A DNA stretch of 64,000 nucleotides from Candidatus Fraserbacteria bacterium (lineage in GTDB: Bacteria; Bipolaricaulota; Bipolaricaulia; RBG-16-55-9; DRXL01). Every line of letters begins with the position of its first letter. Position 1 is the first letter of the stretch. The position numbers were made by a program, and so were the translations under genes. Under the pieces are notes generated by a model, which did no database searches, had not been told where the DNA came from, and worked only from the letters and a program-made list of their open reading frames with translations. The stretch lies in NCBI GenBank assembly GCA_947085185.1, contig CAMTVK010000006.1, positions 1 to 64,000 on the forward strand, given 5' to 3'. This document shows positions 55,490-64,000 of this stretch, piece by piece.

Positions 55490-56911
55490 TCAATCAAGAA
55501 GGCTCTCCAACAAGCTCTCATAAGTCTGAACAGCTACGGATAAGTCAAACTGTGCTATGCGCTCGCGACCCCTGTGAGCCAGCTCCTGCCGCAGCTGCCT
55601 GTCTAAGAGCAGCTGCTCTATCCCATGAGCTAAAGCCTTGGGATCACCTGAGGGCACAAGCAAACCCGCTCGCCCTTCGTCTAAATACTCTCGTACACTT
55701 GGTGAGCAATCGGTTGCGAGCACAGGAAGCCCCAATGCCATCGCCTCGCCGATGACATTGGGCAGTCCTTCTGTCAAGGACGAGAGTACAAAGAGATCTG
55801 CGCGTGCCATGTACTTCCAAGGATTTTCCTGGAAGCCCAACAGCGCAACTCGATCAGTTAAGCCCAATTCTACAATCAAGTTCTCTAAAGCACTTCGTTC
55901 CTCACCCTCACCGATGATCACGAGGTTCACTTTCATTGAGAGCTGTGCCACCGCCCGAATCAGTATATCAAACCCTTTGAGCTTGACGAGTCGGCCCACA
56001 GCTATGAGGAGCGGTTCCCTTCGCTCATCGAACCAGGGGTGGAGGACTGGCTCAGCTGCTTGTACACATACGTTTTGCACGTCAATAGGGTTGTAGATTA
56101 CAACAATCTTCTCTGCAGGCAGACCGAAGTTCTCGATGAGATCTCGTTTGATGCCCTGCGCCACCGCTACTATCACATCGGCTCGTGGGTAAAGGAGCCG
56201 AACAAGCCAGCGCAATAGGAAACGCTCATAGCGCTCAAGTTTGCTGTGTTGAAGAATCCGGCTAGTCACATCATGGACATTGACCACAACTTTCAGGTGA
56301 CGATCAAAGAAAAGCTTCGCCAGAATTGCGATGATATTTGACAATGTGATTGAGCTGACTACGACTCCACAGCCGCTCTCCCGCGCTACCGCCGCGAGTC
56401 GGCGCGCCTGCCACAGCAGAGAATAGCAGTAGTAAGCAGGTTTAATCTTGCGTAACCAACGTAAGAGCGTGCCGATCAATCTTAAAGGCACACTTGCAAC
56501 AAAGTAAGTTGTTGTGAGTATCACTTGCGAAAAACGCTGCTTTGCACGAGACAGGAGAGCTTTGATCTGCCAGAGGAAAGACCTGAATGCCCTTTGGGGA
56601 GGTTCTGTAACTGATATAAAGAAGGCTCTAACTGCTTGTATGCCCTTCCCCAATACTCTCAAGGAGCGGACTAATCGAGACGCTTTATTCTCAACAATAG
56701 AAAGCGCGAAGATCTCCAATAGAGGCACACTGGTGCTGACTATTCTCAGGAGCGGACCGCGCTTCAGTTGCAGAAGCAGGATAGGTCGATGGGACCTCAA
56801 ATTGTTGACGTAATTGATGCAGACGCGCTCGGCCCCTCCGGCCTCTAACGTTGGGATGAAGAAAAGAACTCTTTTTTTAATCTGCTCCAAATCCGCTTGT
56901 GGCATAGTCAC
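55490..56911 (-). CDS. GT4 glycosyltransferase with N-terminal-domain insertion
   Basis: GGAER, VGRLVKLKG, NPWKYM, EGLPNVIGEAM. Confidence 0.9.
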   Translation of the reverse strand: MTMPQADLEQIKKRVLFFIPTLEAGGAERVCINYVNNLRSHRPILLLQLKRGPLLRIVSTSVPLLEIFALSIVENKASRLVRSLRVLGKGIQAVRAFFISVTEPPQRAFRSFLWQIKALLSRAKQRFSQVILTTTYFVASVPLRLIGTLLRWLRKIKPAYYCYSLLWQARRLAAVARESGCGVVVSSITLSNIIAILAKLFFDRHLKVVVNVHDVTSRILQHSKLERYERFLLRWLVRLLYPRADVIVAVAQGIKRDLIENFGLPAEKIVVIYNPIDVQNVCVQAAEPVLHPWFDERREPLLIAVGRLVKLKGFDILIRAVAQLSMKVNLVIIGEGEERSALENLIVELGLTDRVALLGFQENPWKYMARADLFVLSSLTEGLPNVIGEAMALGLPVLATDCSPSVREYLDEGRAGLLVPSGDPKALAHGIEQLLLDRQLRQELAHRGRERIAQFDLSVAVQTYESLLESLLD

Positions 56912-58083
56912 ACAACCTCCATGATAAGTTGCTCGTATTGTTTGACTATCTTAGGAGCATCAAAGTCTTTAGCCCGTTGAGGACCTAGCTCAGCGAGCTT
57001 AGTGCGCAGTTCATGATCCTGTAACAACTTGAGCATTGCGGCGGCCAAAGCTTCTTCATCTGCTGGTGGCACTAAAACCCCGTACTGCCCGCCTTGTAAG
57101 ATTTCAGCAGGCCCCGAAAGACAATCGGTCGAGATGACAGGGCAACCGCAAGTCAGAGCCTCCAAAATGACGTTGGCAAGGCCCTCCACTAGTGACGGAA
57201 GGACCAGTGCAGTTACCTTGCTCATGTAGCTAAAAGGATTGGGTGTAGCTCCAATAAAGTCAACTTTGTCTTCCACATGCAAGGCTTTCGCCAGCTCTTG
57301 CAGTGCCCCTTTCTCTTCTCCTTCACCAACGACTAGTAACCGTGCTGGCTTCTCTGAATTTGCGATTTTTAAAGCATTGAGCAAGATATCTACACCCTTG
57401 AACTTGACGAGTCTACCGACAAAGAGGAAGATCGGAACCTGAGCTGCAAACCAAGGGTGAGTGACAGGTTCTTGACTTAAATCCTGGATTTTTCGGACAT
57501 CTAAAGGGTTATAGATCACATGCAAATGGTTGTGGGGAATCCCCCATTTGGTGGTAAGGTCATCAGCAATTCCTTGACTAATACAAACGATTGGATTGAG
57601 CTCTCGCAGGCGAGGTGCCCAAAACATCCGAAACTCCCTGTGGGCGGGATTCTGCATGAGGGTATTTGAAAGGTGGCTGGCTAAGCGGGCGATTACTTTT
57701 ACTTTGTGGCGCAGGCTAGCCTTATAAGCCACGAGGGAGGTTAAGAAATTCGTTGTTAAAACGCAATCTATTTGCCGTTGGACAAGATGATGTGTTAATC
57801 TGCTTGACAACAATTCTAGCCACACGAAGGATTCGCACTCTCCCAGCAAGCTCAGAGGGATGTCGACGACCAACTTTTCCGAAGGTGGTAAGGGTTGCGA
57901 ATTCAACACAAACACGGGGATACCGGATGGAAGGGAGTAAAATGACTGACCTTCATGGAAAACTGTCAACTCAACCGCTATGTGCGAGCTGACATGCTGC
58001 AAGAAGGTCGAGACGAACCGCTCCACCCCGCCGGGAACATGCAGGGTCTCGGTCAGCAGAGTCATCTTAACTTTACGTGCCAT
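56908..58083 (-). CDS. GT4 glycosyltransferase
   Basis: GGVER, VGRLVKFKG, EGLANVILEAL, SGPAEIL. Confidence 0.9.
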   Translation of the reverse strand: MARKVKMTLLTETLHVPGGVERFVSTFLQHVSSHIAVELTVFHEGQSFYSLPSGIPVFVLNSQPLPPSEKLVVDIPLSLLGECESFVWLELLSSRLTHHLVQRQIDCVLTTNFLTSLVAYKASLRHKVKVIARLASHLSNTLMQNPAHREFRMFWAPRLRELNPIVCISQGIADDLTTKWGIPHNHLHVIYNPLDVRKIQDLSQEPVTHPWFAAQVPIFLFVGRLVKFKGVDILLNALKIANSEKPARLLVVGEGEEKGALQELAKALHVEDKVDFIGATPNPFSYMSKVTALVLPSLVEGLANVILEALTCGCPVISTDCLSGPAEILQGGQYGVLVPPADEEALAAAMLKLLQDHELRTKLAELGPQRAKDFDAPKIVKQYEQLIMEVV

Positions 58084-59260
58084 AAGTGTCTCGTATGACC
58101 TGCACGTACTGATTTACGATCTTCCGAGCTTCGAAATCCTGAGCCCGTTGTCGGCCTTGTTCGGCAAGCTGCTGTCGCAACGCAGGATCACTTAGCACTT
58201 TGGTGATAGCCTCTGCAAGGGCTCGAGCATCAGCCACCGGCACCAAGAGTCCATAACGCCCGCCACCCAGGATCTCAGCGGGACCGGAGGGACAATCTGT
58301 TGCAATCACGGGACAGCCGCAAGCAAGAGCCTCTGCAATTACATAGCCAAATCCCTCATACAAAGAAGACAAGACGAACACCGTCGAACGGGCAAAATAC
58401 TTGAACGGGTTCTTTTGCTTGCCTGCAAACCAAATGCAGTGTTGAATACCTAATTCCGCAGCTAAATCCTCTAATCTTTGGTGCTCGTCCCCTTCACCTA
58501 GAAGGATCAAACGTGCAAGGTTACCCTGCTTGTGGACAAGGCTTAGTGCACGGAGCAGATAGTCAAAACCTTTCTGCGGAGCTAAGCGACCTGCTGCCGT
58601 GATGATCGGCGTGCATTCAGCCATCCAAGGATGGTCAACAGGCTCTGACACCAGTTTCTCGATCTGTTGAAGATCCAGAGGATAGGGGATCACTGTGATC
58701 TGCTGTTGGGTAACTTTGAAGTTATGCATAAGATCGGAAGCTACGCCTTCGCTTGGACAAACAATTTTGTCGGCCTTCTGAAGATGCTCACGCCCCAAGA
58801 ACATGTAAAGCGGGCCTTTGGGAGCATGGGAAAGCATTGTGGAAGCGTGATTATCCACGGAGCCTACGAAGCAGATCTCCTTCGGCCAATACTTGCGTGA
58901 TAGCAAACACAACGTGGACGCGAAGAGTTCGCGTGCGAACACGACATCCGGCCTCCTTTGGTGTACCAGTTCGGCCAGCTTAAGGGCAGTTAGCTCAAGC
59001 CAAATAAAGTCTTCACGGGCTCCCAAGAGTTGAATCGGGATATCCACGCGAATCGAGTCGACATGCGGCAGCGGATTGCGCTCCAAGATGTGCGTTTGAA
59101 TTTCCAGAGGGATAGGGTAAAAAACCTCTCGATTAAAGATCATGACTAATTCGACGTCAAATAAACTGCGATCCAAATATCTCAAAAGAATGGTTATATT
59201 ACGTCCTACTCCGCCCAGAGGCAAGCCGTGGGTGACGATCATCAGCTTAATTTTCCTCAT
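58073..59260 (-). CDS. GT4 glycosyltransferase
   Basis: GGVGR, AGRLAPQKG, EGFGYVIAEAL, SGPAEIL. Confidence 0.9.
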   Translation of the reverse strand: MRKIKLMIVTHGLPLGGVGRNITILLRYLDRSLFDVELVMIFNREVFYPIPLEIQTHILERNPLPHVDSIRVDIPIQLLGAREDFIWLELTALKLAELVHQRRPDVVFARELFASTLCLLSRKYWPKEICFVGSVDNHASTMLSHAPKGPLYMFLGREHLQKADKIVCPSEGVASDLMHNFKVTQQQITVIPYPLDLQQIEKLVSEPVDHPWMAECTPIITAAGRLAPQKGFDYLLRALSLVHKQGNLARLILLGEGDEHQRLEDLAAELGIQHCIWFAGKQKNPFKYFARSTVFVLSSLYEGFGYVIAEALACGCPVIATDCPSGPAEILGGGRYGLLVPVADARALAEAITKVLSDPALRQQLAEQGRQRAQDFEARKIVNQYVQVIRDTYGT

Positions 59261-60461
59261 TATTGCTCTCCTCCCCAGACAGCAGCCTCAAGATTCTTTT
59301 TGTATACCGGCTAGTTATTTGGGGGGCATCAAAGGCTAAGGCGCGCGTTGGAGCCAGCCGGGCAAACTGTTCTCTGAGCTGCGGGTCTCTCAGTAGCTTC
59401 AGAATTCCTTCGGCCAGCGCTGGGGGACTTTCCATCGACACTAAGAGGCCGTACTGTGTTGTCCCCTCAGCTAAGATTTCCGATGGCCCATACGGGCAGT
59501 TGGAAGCCACGATGGGGCAGCCGCAAGCCAGCGCTTCCACCAAGGCGTAACCGAAACCTTCCCACCGAGAAGGAAAGGCGAATACCGTACACTTCTGCAT
59601 GTACTTAAAAGGGTTCTGTTGGAAGCCTAAAAAAGCGACATGAGGTGCTATGCCTAACTCCAGAGCGAGTTTGCGAAGGACGTCCTCCTGCGGACCTTCC
59701 CCGATGATGACACATCGCGCCGGAAGCTCCGCCCTGACGCGAGCGAGCGCTTGAAGCAGGAGATCAAACCCTTTTTGCGGGGCAAGCCGACCCACCGCCA
59801 AGATAACAGACTCCAGCCCAGAGAAGAAGGGATGGTCCACACTTTCTTTTGCTAGTTGCTGCACAGCTTTGACATCAATAGGGTACTGGATCAAAGTGAT
59901 CTTTTCGGCTGGTATGCTGTAGCTTTGTTGTAACACTTCAGCGACACTGGCACTGGCGGTGATGAGACCATCTGCTTCACATAGTCTTGTTCGCGCCAGC
60001 TGCTTGTACAGCTCCCCATGCGACGCGGCACGAAAGTCGCTGGCAATCTCGGCACCAGCGACGACTATCACTTTGATAGAAGGAGCATGCTTTTTGGCGT
60101 ATAAGCTAAGCATTCCGCAAAACAAGTTGAATGCCAAAACCACTTGCGTCTTCTGCACCGTTATCACATCGGCCAATTTATGAGCCATGACTTCAAGCCA
60201 AGCAAGATCAGCGCTATAGCTCAGTGATTGTAAGGGTATTTCAACATGTATTGATGGTATATTAGGCATTGGAGTCTTTTCTAGAACATGCCAGGGCACG
60301 TCACTGGGGATAGGGAAGAAGGGCTCTTGGTCAAAGATGGTAACGAGTTCGATATCTAGCATCTTTCTGTCGAGATGGTGCAACAAGATGGAAACACACC
60401 GCTCCATACCCCCAACGCTTAAGGTTGGTGAGATGAGTACAACCTTTGTTTTATGAGCCAT
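59247..60461 (-). CDS. GT4 glycosyltransferase
   Basis: Start MAHKTK with SD GGAGG and TGATG overlap; GGMER, VGRLAPQKG, EGFGYALVEAL. Confidence 0.9.
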   Translation of the reverse strand: MAHKTKVVLISPTLSVGGMERCVSILLHHLDRKMLDIELVTIFDQEPFFPIPSDVPWHVLEKTPMPNIPSIHVEIPLQSLSYSADLAWLEVMAHKLADVITVQKTQVVLAFNLFCGMLSLYAKKHAPSIKVIVVAGAEIASDFRAASHGELYKQLARTRLCEADGLITASASVAEVLQQSYSIPAEKITLIQYPIDVKAVQQLAKESVDHPFFSGLESVILAVGRLAPQKGFDLLLQALARVRAELPARCVIIGEGPQEDVLRKLALELGIAPHVAFLGFQQNPFKYMQKCTVFAFPSRWEGFGYALVEALACGCPIVASNCPYGPSEILAEGTTQYGLLVSMESPPALAEGILKLLRDPQLREQFARLAPTRALAFDAPQITSRYTKRILRLLSGEESNNEEN

Positions 60462-62467
60462 CAAGCCTCCAGTCTTCTTCTTACAGTATAGAATATTGTC
60501 ACTCCTTGCACGAGCACAAACCAAGCTGCGTAAACATAGATGAAAACTAAAAAAGGCGCGGTATGCACTACCAGCCGCGGATCAATACCCAAGGGCACTA
60601 AAAAAGCTATCAGGTTAATTGTTAGGATTGGGAAAATCAGAATTTCGCGAAATCTGGAGAATATCACAAGCAGCAATCCCATTAGATACAGATAATATAA
60701 AGGGGTGATTTCAAGCCCCGCTTGCTTCCAGAACAGATGAGTGGGTCTGAGGAATAGATCGAGATAGCCACTTATAGTTCTCGAAATGATTTCACCAAGG
60801 CTATGCATGCCAAAGATATATTGAAATGTCGTCACGGGTGCTCCACTGTGACCCTTTGCCCGAAACTGCTCTAACGTGGGGCAGCCCTCACAGCTGATGC
60901 CTTTGAGAACCACAAATTCATAGTTTCTATACCACTTGGCATGGACGTTCGCGCTCCAGAACGGATCGCCGAACTTCTGATAACTATAAGCTAAATACGG
61001 TGCGAGCAACAGCATCAAAACAGCTATAGGAATGAAAAGCTTCTTCCAAACAATCTTCTGCCGCCAGAAGGCGTAGCCCCACAGGGGAAGAACAAAGACT
61101 AAACTATTGATCTGTTGCAAGACGGCTGCTGCACCCCACCCACTAAGACCGGCCAATCGCTGCTTTTCTCCCAGCCGCTCTTGCCTTATAAGCACGTGAT
61201 AAGCCAGCATGAGAATGGCGATAGTATAGAGCTCTAAGCGCAGACCACGCACACTCATAAAGATCAAGTATGGGTTAATCGCCAGTAGCGCAACCACGAG
61301 TAAAGCCAGCACTGGTTGTTTTGTGTAGTCCTTGAAAAACTTGTAGGCAGCTACCAATGTGAGCAAGGAGAGCACGAGAGTGAGCATGCGCAGGTTGAGA
61401 TCCGAGGAGCCAACGACTAAGAACCAGAGCTTGGTAGCCCAAATCCATAAGGGCTCCCTAAAGCTTGTGTCATAAAGATGTCGCATATTATCAGCAATTT
61501 GTCGGTAGCCAACTGCATCGGGGTCAAGGGGGCGGTACTGAAACTCCGTTAGCGCCTCCCAGCGCAGCACGAAGCCCAGTGCGATGATCGCTACCAGCAA
61601 TGAGCTTACAACAAACTTCTGTACCCCCTCTCCTGGCTTTATCAGCGGAGCCATACTAAGTGCAATTACAGTTCCAGCTGCATACAGGAACCAGATCCAA
61701 GGAATAGCGAGGTCTTCCACATAAGGCCCCAGCTGGGGCGTGACAAACCGCGCAAGAGAAGGCAAGTTCGCCAGGGGAAGCCCCGTGAAGATCCAGTTGG
61801 GCCAGAGTGCGCTGGCCAAAGCCTCGGCACCTAAAGCAGCAGCAAAGATGGCGAGAGCAAATTTCAGCTGCACAGCTCGCGCCCAAGCATAGAGGCTCAA
61901 AGGGATAGCGATGAACAGAAAGAGGCCCGGTAAGTAAGGCAAGGCGATCGGGTTTTTAATTTTGACTATCTGAATCCAATCTAAAGCAACATAGGTCTCA
62001 GCAGAACCCGTCTCTGCAGCGCTTGCAATGATCCGTAAAAAAATTTCGGAAGAGCCTAGGGCATATGGAGTCAAAAGCACATAACGGTTGGCTACTTGCA
62101 GGTTAGACCCAACCGTTTGATAATGAACCCCATCCGTAGAGATTTCGAGACGAATCTCCTCTAGCCCGGTCCAGTGAACTCCGAGGTTTAGATTGAGATC
62201 TTCGTCGGGCTCTTTAGTGATTTTATAGATGACTTCGCCACGCTGGCCTGATCTAAGATAGAGGCCATCGACCTCTACTTCCCAATCGCCCAGTACTTGA
62301 GCATCTTGCTGGATTTTCTGTGCCCTATCGTTAATGTGATCTAAGTAGGTGCTTAGCACAGTTGGAGTACCAACGAGTCTGAGCAGCTCCTCACGATAGA
62401 TAAGCACTGCGATAAAAGCAGTGAGTAAGATAAGCATTGGCCATTGCAGCTGTTTGATATGCTTCAT
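60461..62467 (-). CDS. GT-C fold (ArnT/PMT-like) membrane glycosyltransferase with extracytoplasmic domain
   Basis: Multiple TMs; LRW...DPDAVGY...REPL pattern after a TM; SD AGGAG. Confidence 0.7.
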   Translation of the reverse strand: MKHIKQLQWPMLILLTAFIAVLIYREELLRLVGTPTVLSTYLDHINDRAQKIQQDAQVLGDWEVEVDGLYLRSGQRGEVIYKITKEPDEDLNLNLGVHWTGLEEIRLEISTDGVHYQTVGSNLQVANRYVLLTPYALGSSEIFLRIIASAAETGSAETYVALDWIQIVKIKNPIALPYLPGLFLFIAIPLSLYAWARAVQLKFALAIFAAALGAEALASALWPNWIFTGLPLANLPSLARFVTPQLGPYVEDLAIPWIWFLYAAGTVIALSMAPLIKPGEGVQKFVVSSLLVAIIALGFVLRWEALTEFQYRPLDPDAVGYRQIADNMRHLYDTSFREPLWIWATKLWFLVVGSSDLNLRMLTLVLSLLTLVAAYKFFKDYTKQPVLALLVVALLAINPYLIFMSVRGLRLELYTIAILMLAYHVLIRQERLGEKQRLAGLSGWGAAAVLQQINSLVFVLPLWGYAFWRQKIVWKKLFIPIAVLMLLLAPYLAYSYQKFGDPFWSANVHAKWYRNYEFVVLKGISCEGCPTLEQFRAKGHSGAPVTTFQYIFGMHSLGEIISRTISGYLDLFLRPTHLFWKQAGLEITPLYYLYLMGLLLVIFSRFREILIFPILTINLIAFLVPLGIDPRLVVHTAPFLVFIYVYAAWFVLVQGVTIFYTVRRRLEA

Positions 62468-62489
62468 AACCACTCCTGTGGGAAAGCCG

Positions 62490-63239
62490 CTAACGTCTCA
62501 GCAACAGGTTGTACTTTAGGATGTACCAGATGGCCTTTAGCCCATCCCTCAAGGTGATCTTCTTGCCCTCTTCATATGTGCGTCCGTAGTAAGAGATAGG
62601 GACTTCATAGATGCGACAGCCAAGGCGAGCGACCTTGGCCGTGATCTCGGGCTCAAATCCGAACCGATCTTCTTTGAGATTGATCTTTTGTAGCACCTCG
62701 CGCCGGAACATCTTATAGCACGTCTCCATATCGGTCAGATTCATGTTGGTGAACATGTTGGAAAGAGTAGTGAGAAAGAGGTTGCCCACGTAATGCCAGA
62801 AGTACAAGACGCGGTGCGGGCCGCCCAAGAAGCGTGAACCATAGACGACATCGGCCACGCCACGCCGGATGGGCTCCAATAGCTTATGGTATTCTTGCGG
62901 ATCGTACTCCAGGTCAGCATCTTGAATTACGATGACGTCTCCAGTTGCCTCCTGAAAGCCGCGTCGTAACGCTGCTCCCTTGCCGCGATTGCGCTCCTGA
63001 AAGATGACTTTAATGTTGTCCACGTAAATCCTCTGATTGAGTTGCGGCAATTCAAATCCCTCCGGGTTAGAGTTGTGCTGTGCCTCTAAGAGCTGTTGCA
63101 AAAACTCGCGCGTCCCGTCGGTCGAGCCGTCATCAACAATGATGATCTCCTTGTCAATATCTACTTCCTGGACACGCTTGAGCACTTCTTCAATATAAGC
63201 CCGCTCATTGTAAACGGGCATCACCACGGACAGTTTCAT
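62490..63239 (-). CDS. GT2 polyprenol-phosphate glycosyltransferase (DPM1-like)
   Basis: [48 protein letters not shown]. Confidence 0.92.
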   Translation of the reverse strand: MKLSVVMPVYNERAYIEEVLKRVQEVDIDKEIIIVDDGSTDGTREFLQQLLEAQHNSNPEGFELPQLNQRIYVDNIKVIFQERNRGKGAALRRGFQEATGDVIVIQDADLEYDPQEYHKLLEPIRRGVADVVYGSRFLGGPHRVLYFWHYVGNLFLTTLSNMFTNMNLTDMETCYKMFRREVLQKINLKEDRFGFEPEITAKVARLGCRIYEVPISYYGRTYEEGKKITLRDGLKAIWYILKYNLLLRR

Positions 63240-63243
63240 CGCT

Positions 63244-63600
63244 TCAACCCCTCACGATCAGGGCTACGCCCCCCAAGATGAGTGCGATACCTACCCACTG
63301 TGTGAATGACAGCGGCTCGCCCAAGAGCTTAGCCGAAATCAGAGCAACCCACACATAGCTTGTCGCAATCACCGGATACAGCACCGACAAATTGCCGTGT
63401 TTGAGCGCCACGATGAACAAGATGGCGGAAAGGCCGTAAAGGGCCATCCCGCCGAGAATCTTGAAATTCGTCAGCCAACTCCATACGCTCAGCGATATTG
63501 AGGGCGAGCCCAGCTTGAACAACAGCTGGCCCAGTGAGCCCATCAGCGCACAAAATGCCGCCAGTGCAATCGCCCAAGCTTTGGTCTCCATCCGACTCAC
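63244..63600 (-). CDS. EamA/SMR-like small 4-TM transporter (ArnE/F-type flippase candidate)
   Basis: GQLLFK, LSVLYP, LLGE, four hydrophobic segments; GTGA overlap. Confidence 0.8.
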   Translation of the reverse strand: MSRMETKAWAIALAAFCALMGSLGQLLFKLGSPSISLSVWSWLTNFKILGGMALYGLSAILFIVALKHGNLSVLYPVIATSYVWVALISAKLLGEPLSFTQWVGIALILGGVALIVRG

Positions 63601-64000
63601 GCTCCCTTGTTCAATAAGCTTCGGAAATAGTCAAGTGTGCGGCGCAGGCCTTCTCGTCGTGTGACCTTGGGCTCCCAACCCAGCCGCTCCTTGGCCAAGC
63701 TAATGTCGGGGCAACGCACTTTAGGGTCGTCAGCAGGCAGCGGCTCAAAGACGATTTCACTGCGGCTATTGGCCAACTCAATGATCTCTTTAGCCAGCGC
63801 TAATATTGTGACCTCGTCAGGATTACCCAGATTGACCAGACCGCTCTCATAAGACTGGAGCAGCCGGTAAAGCCCCTCAATCATATCGTCTATATAGCAG
63901 AAGCTTCGGGTCTGTGTGCCGTCTCCGTAGATGGTCAATGGCTTATTATGAAGAGCTTGCCAGCAGAAGTTCGAGACAACTCGTCCGTCATGGGGGCGCA
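63597..64000 (-). CDS. UDP-glucuronate decarboxylase (UDP-xylose synthase)-family SDR, partial (5' end outside window)
   Basis: DGRVVSNF..QAL, IYGDGTQTRSFCYIDD, NLGNP, LPADDPKVRCPDIS. Confidence 0.85.
   Translation of the reverse strand, partial: RPHDGRVVSNFCWQALHNKPLTIYGDGTQTRSFCYIDDMIEGLYRLLQSYESGLVNLGNPDEVTILALAKEIIELANSRSEIVFEPLPADDPKVRCPDISLAKERLGWEPKVTRREGLRRTLDYFRSLLNKGA

Noticed and set aside
1..64000. tRNA, rRNA and CRISPR arrays
   Set aside because: No cloverleaf/T-loop signatures, rRNA-like tracts or regularly spaced repeats were seen in the short intergenic regions (by eye only).

Overview
GC-rich bacterial chromosomal window of mostly housekeeping and envelope genes: murF, rpmB, two peptide ABC transporter clusters, tsaD, hpt, FBP aldolase/phosphatase, an RmlA-type nucleotidyltransferase, an RluA-family synthase, rimP-nusA, rny, acyP, secA, and a glycosylation cluster running off the right end. 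Gene content and the many archaeal-type genes suggest a deep-branching thermophile such as Bipolaricaulota/Acetothermia (inference only). Main points: (1) a 1209-bp tnpB-only IS200/IS605 element whose ends can be placed exactly. It is inserted at the GTG start of the RmlA-type gene, and its antisense strand carries an ORF across almost the whole element, in frame with both flanking host genes, possibly relaying translational coupling. (2) An archaeal/eukaryotic-type Pus10 pseudouridine synthase in a bacterial context. (3) Two adjacent secreted proteins, a subtilase and a tail-fibre-like protein, sharing a phage-type C-terminal intramolecular chaperone-like domain. (4) Three Omp85-like barrel genes, including a metallopeptidase/beta-propeller fusion and its catalytically dead paralog. 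(5) Several apparently leaderless genes, small palindromic repeats inserted in frame into genes, putative toxin-antitoxin pairs, and a structured ~190-nt region upstream of rny. No tRNA, rRNA or CRISPR array was recognised. Family assignments come from motif recognition by eye, not database searches.
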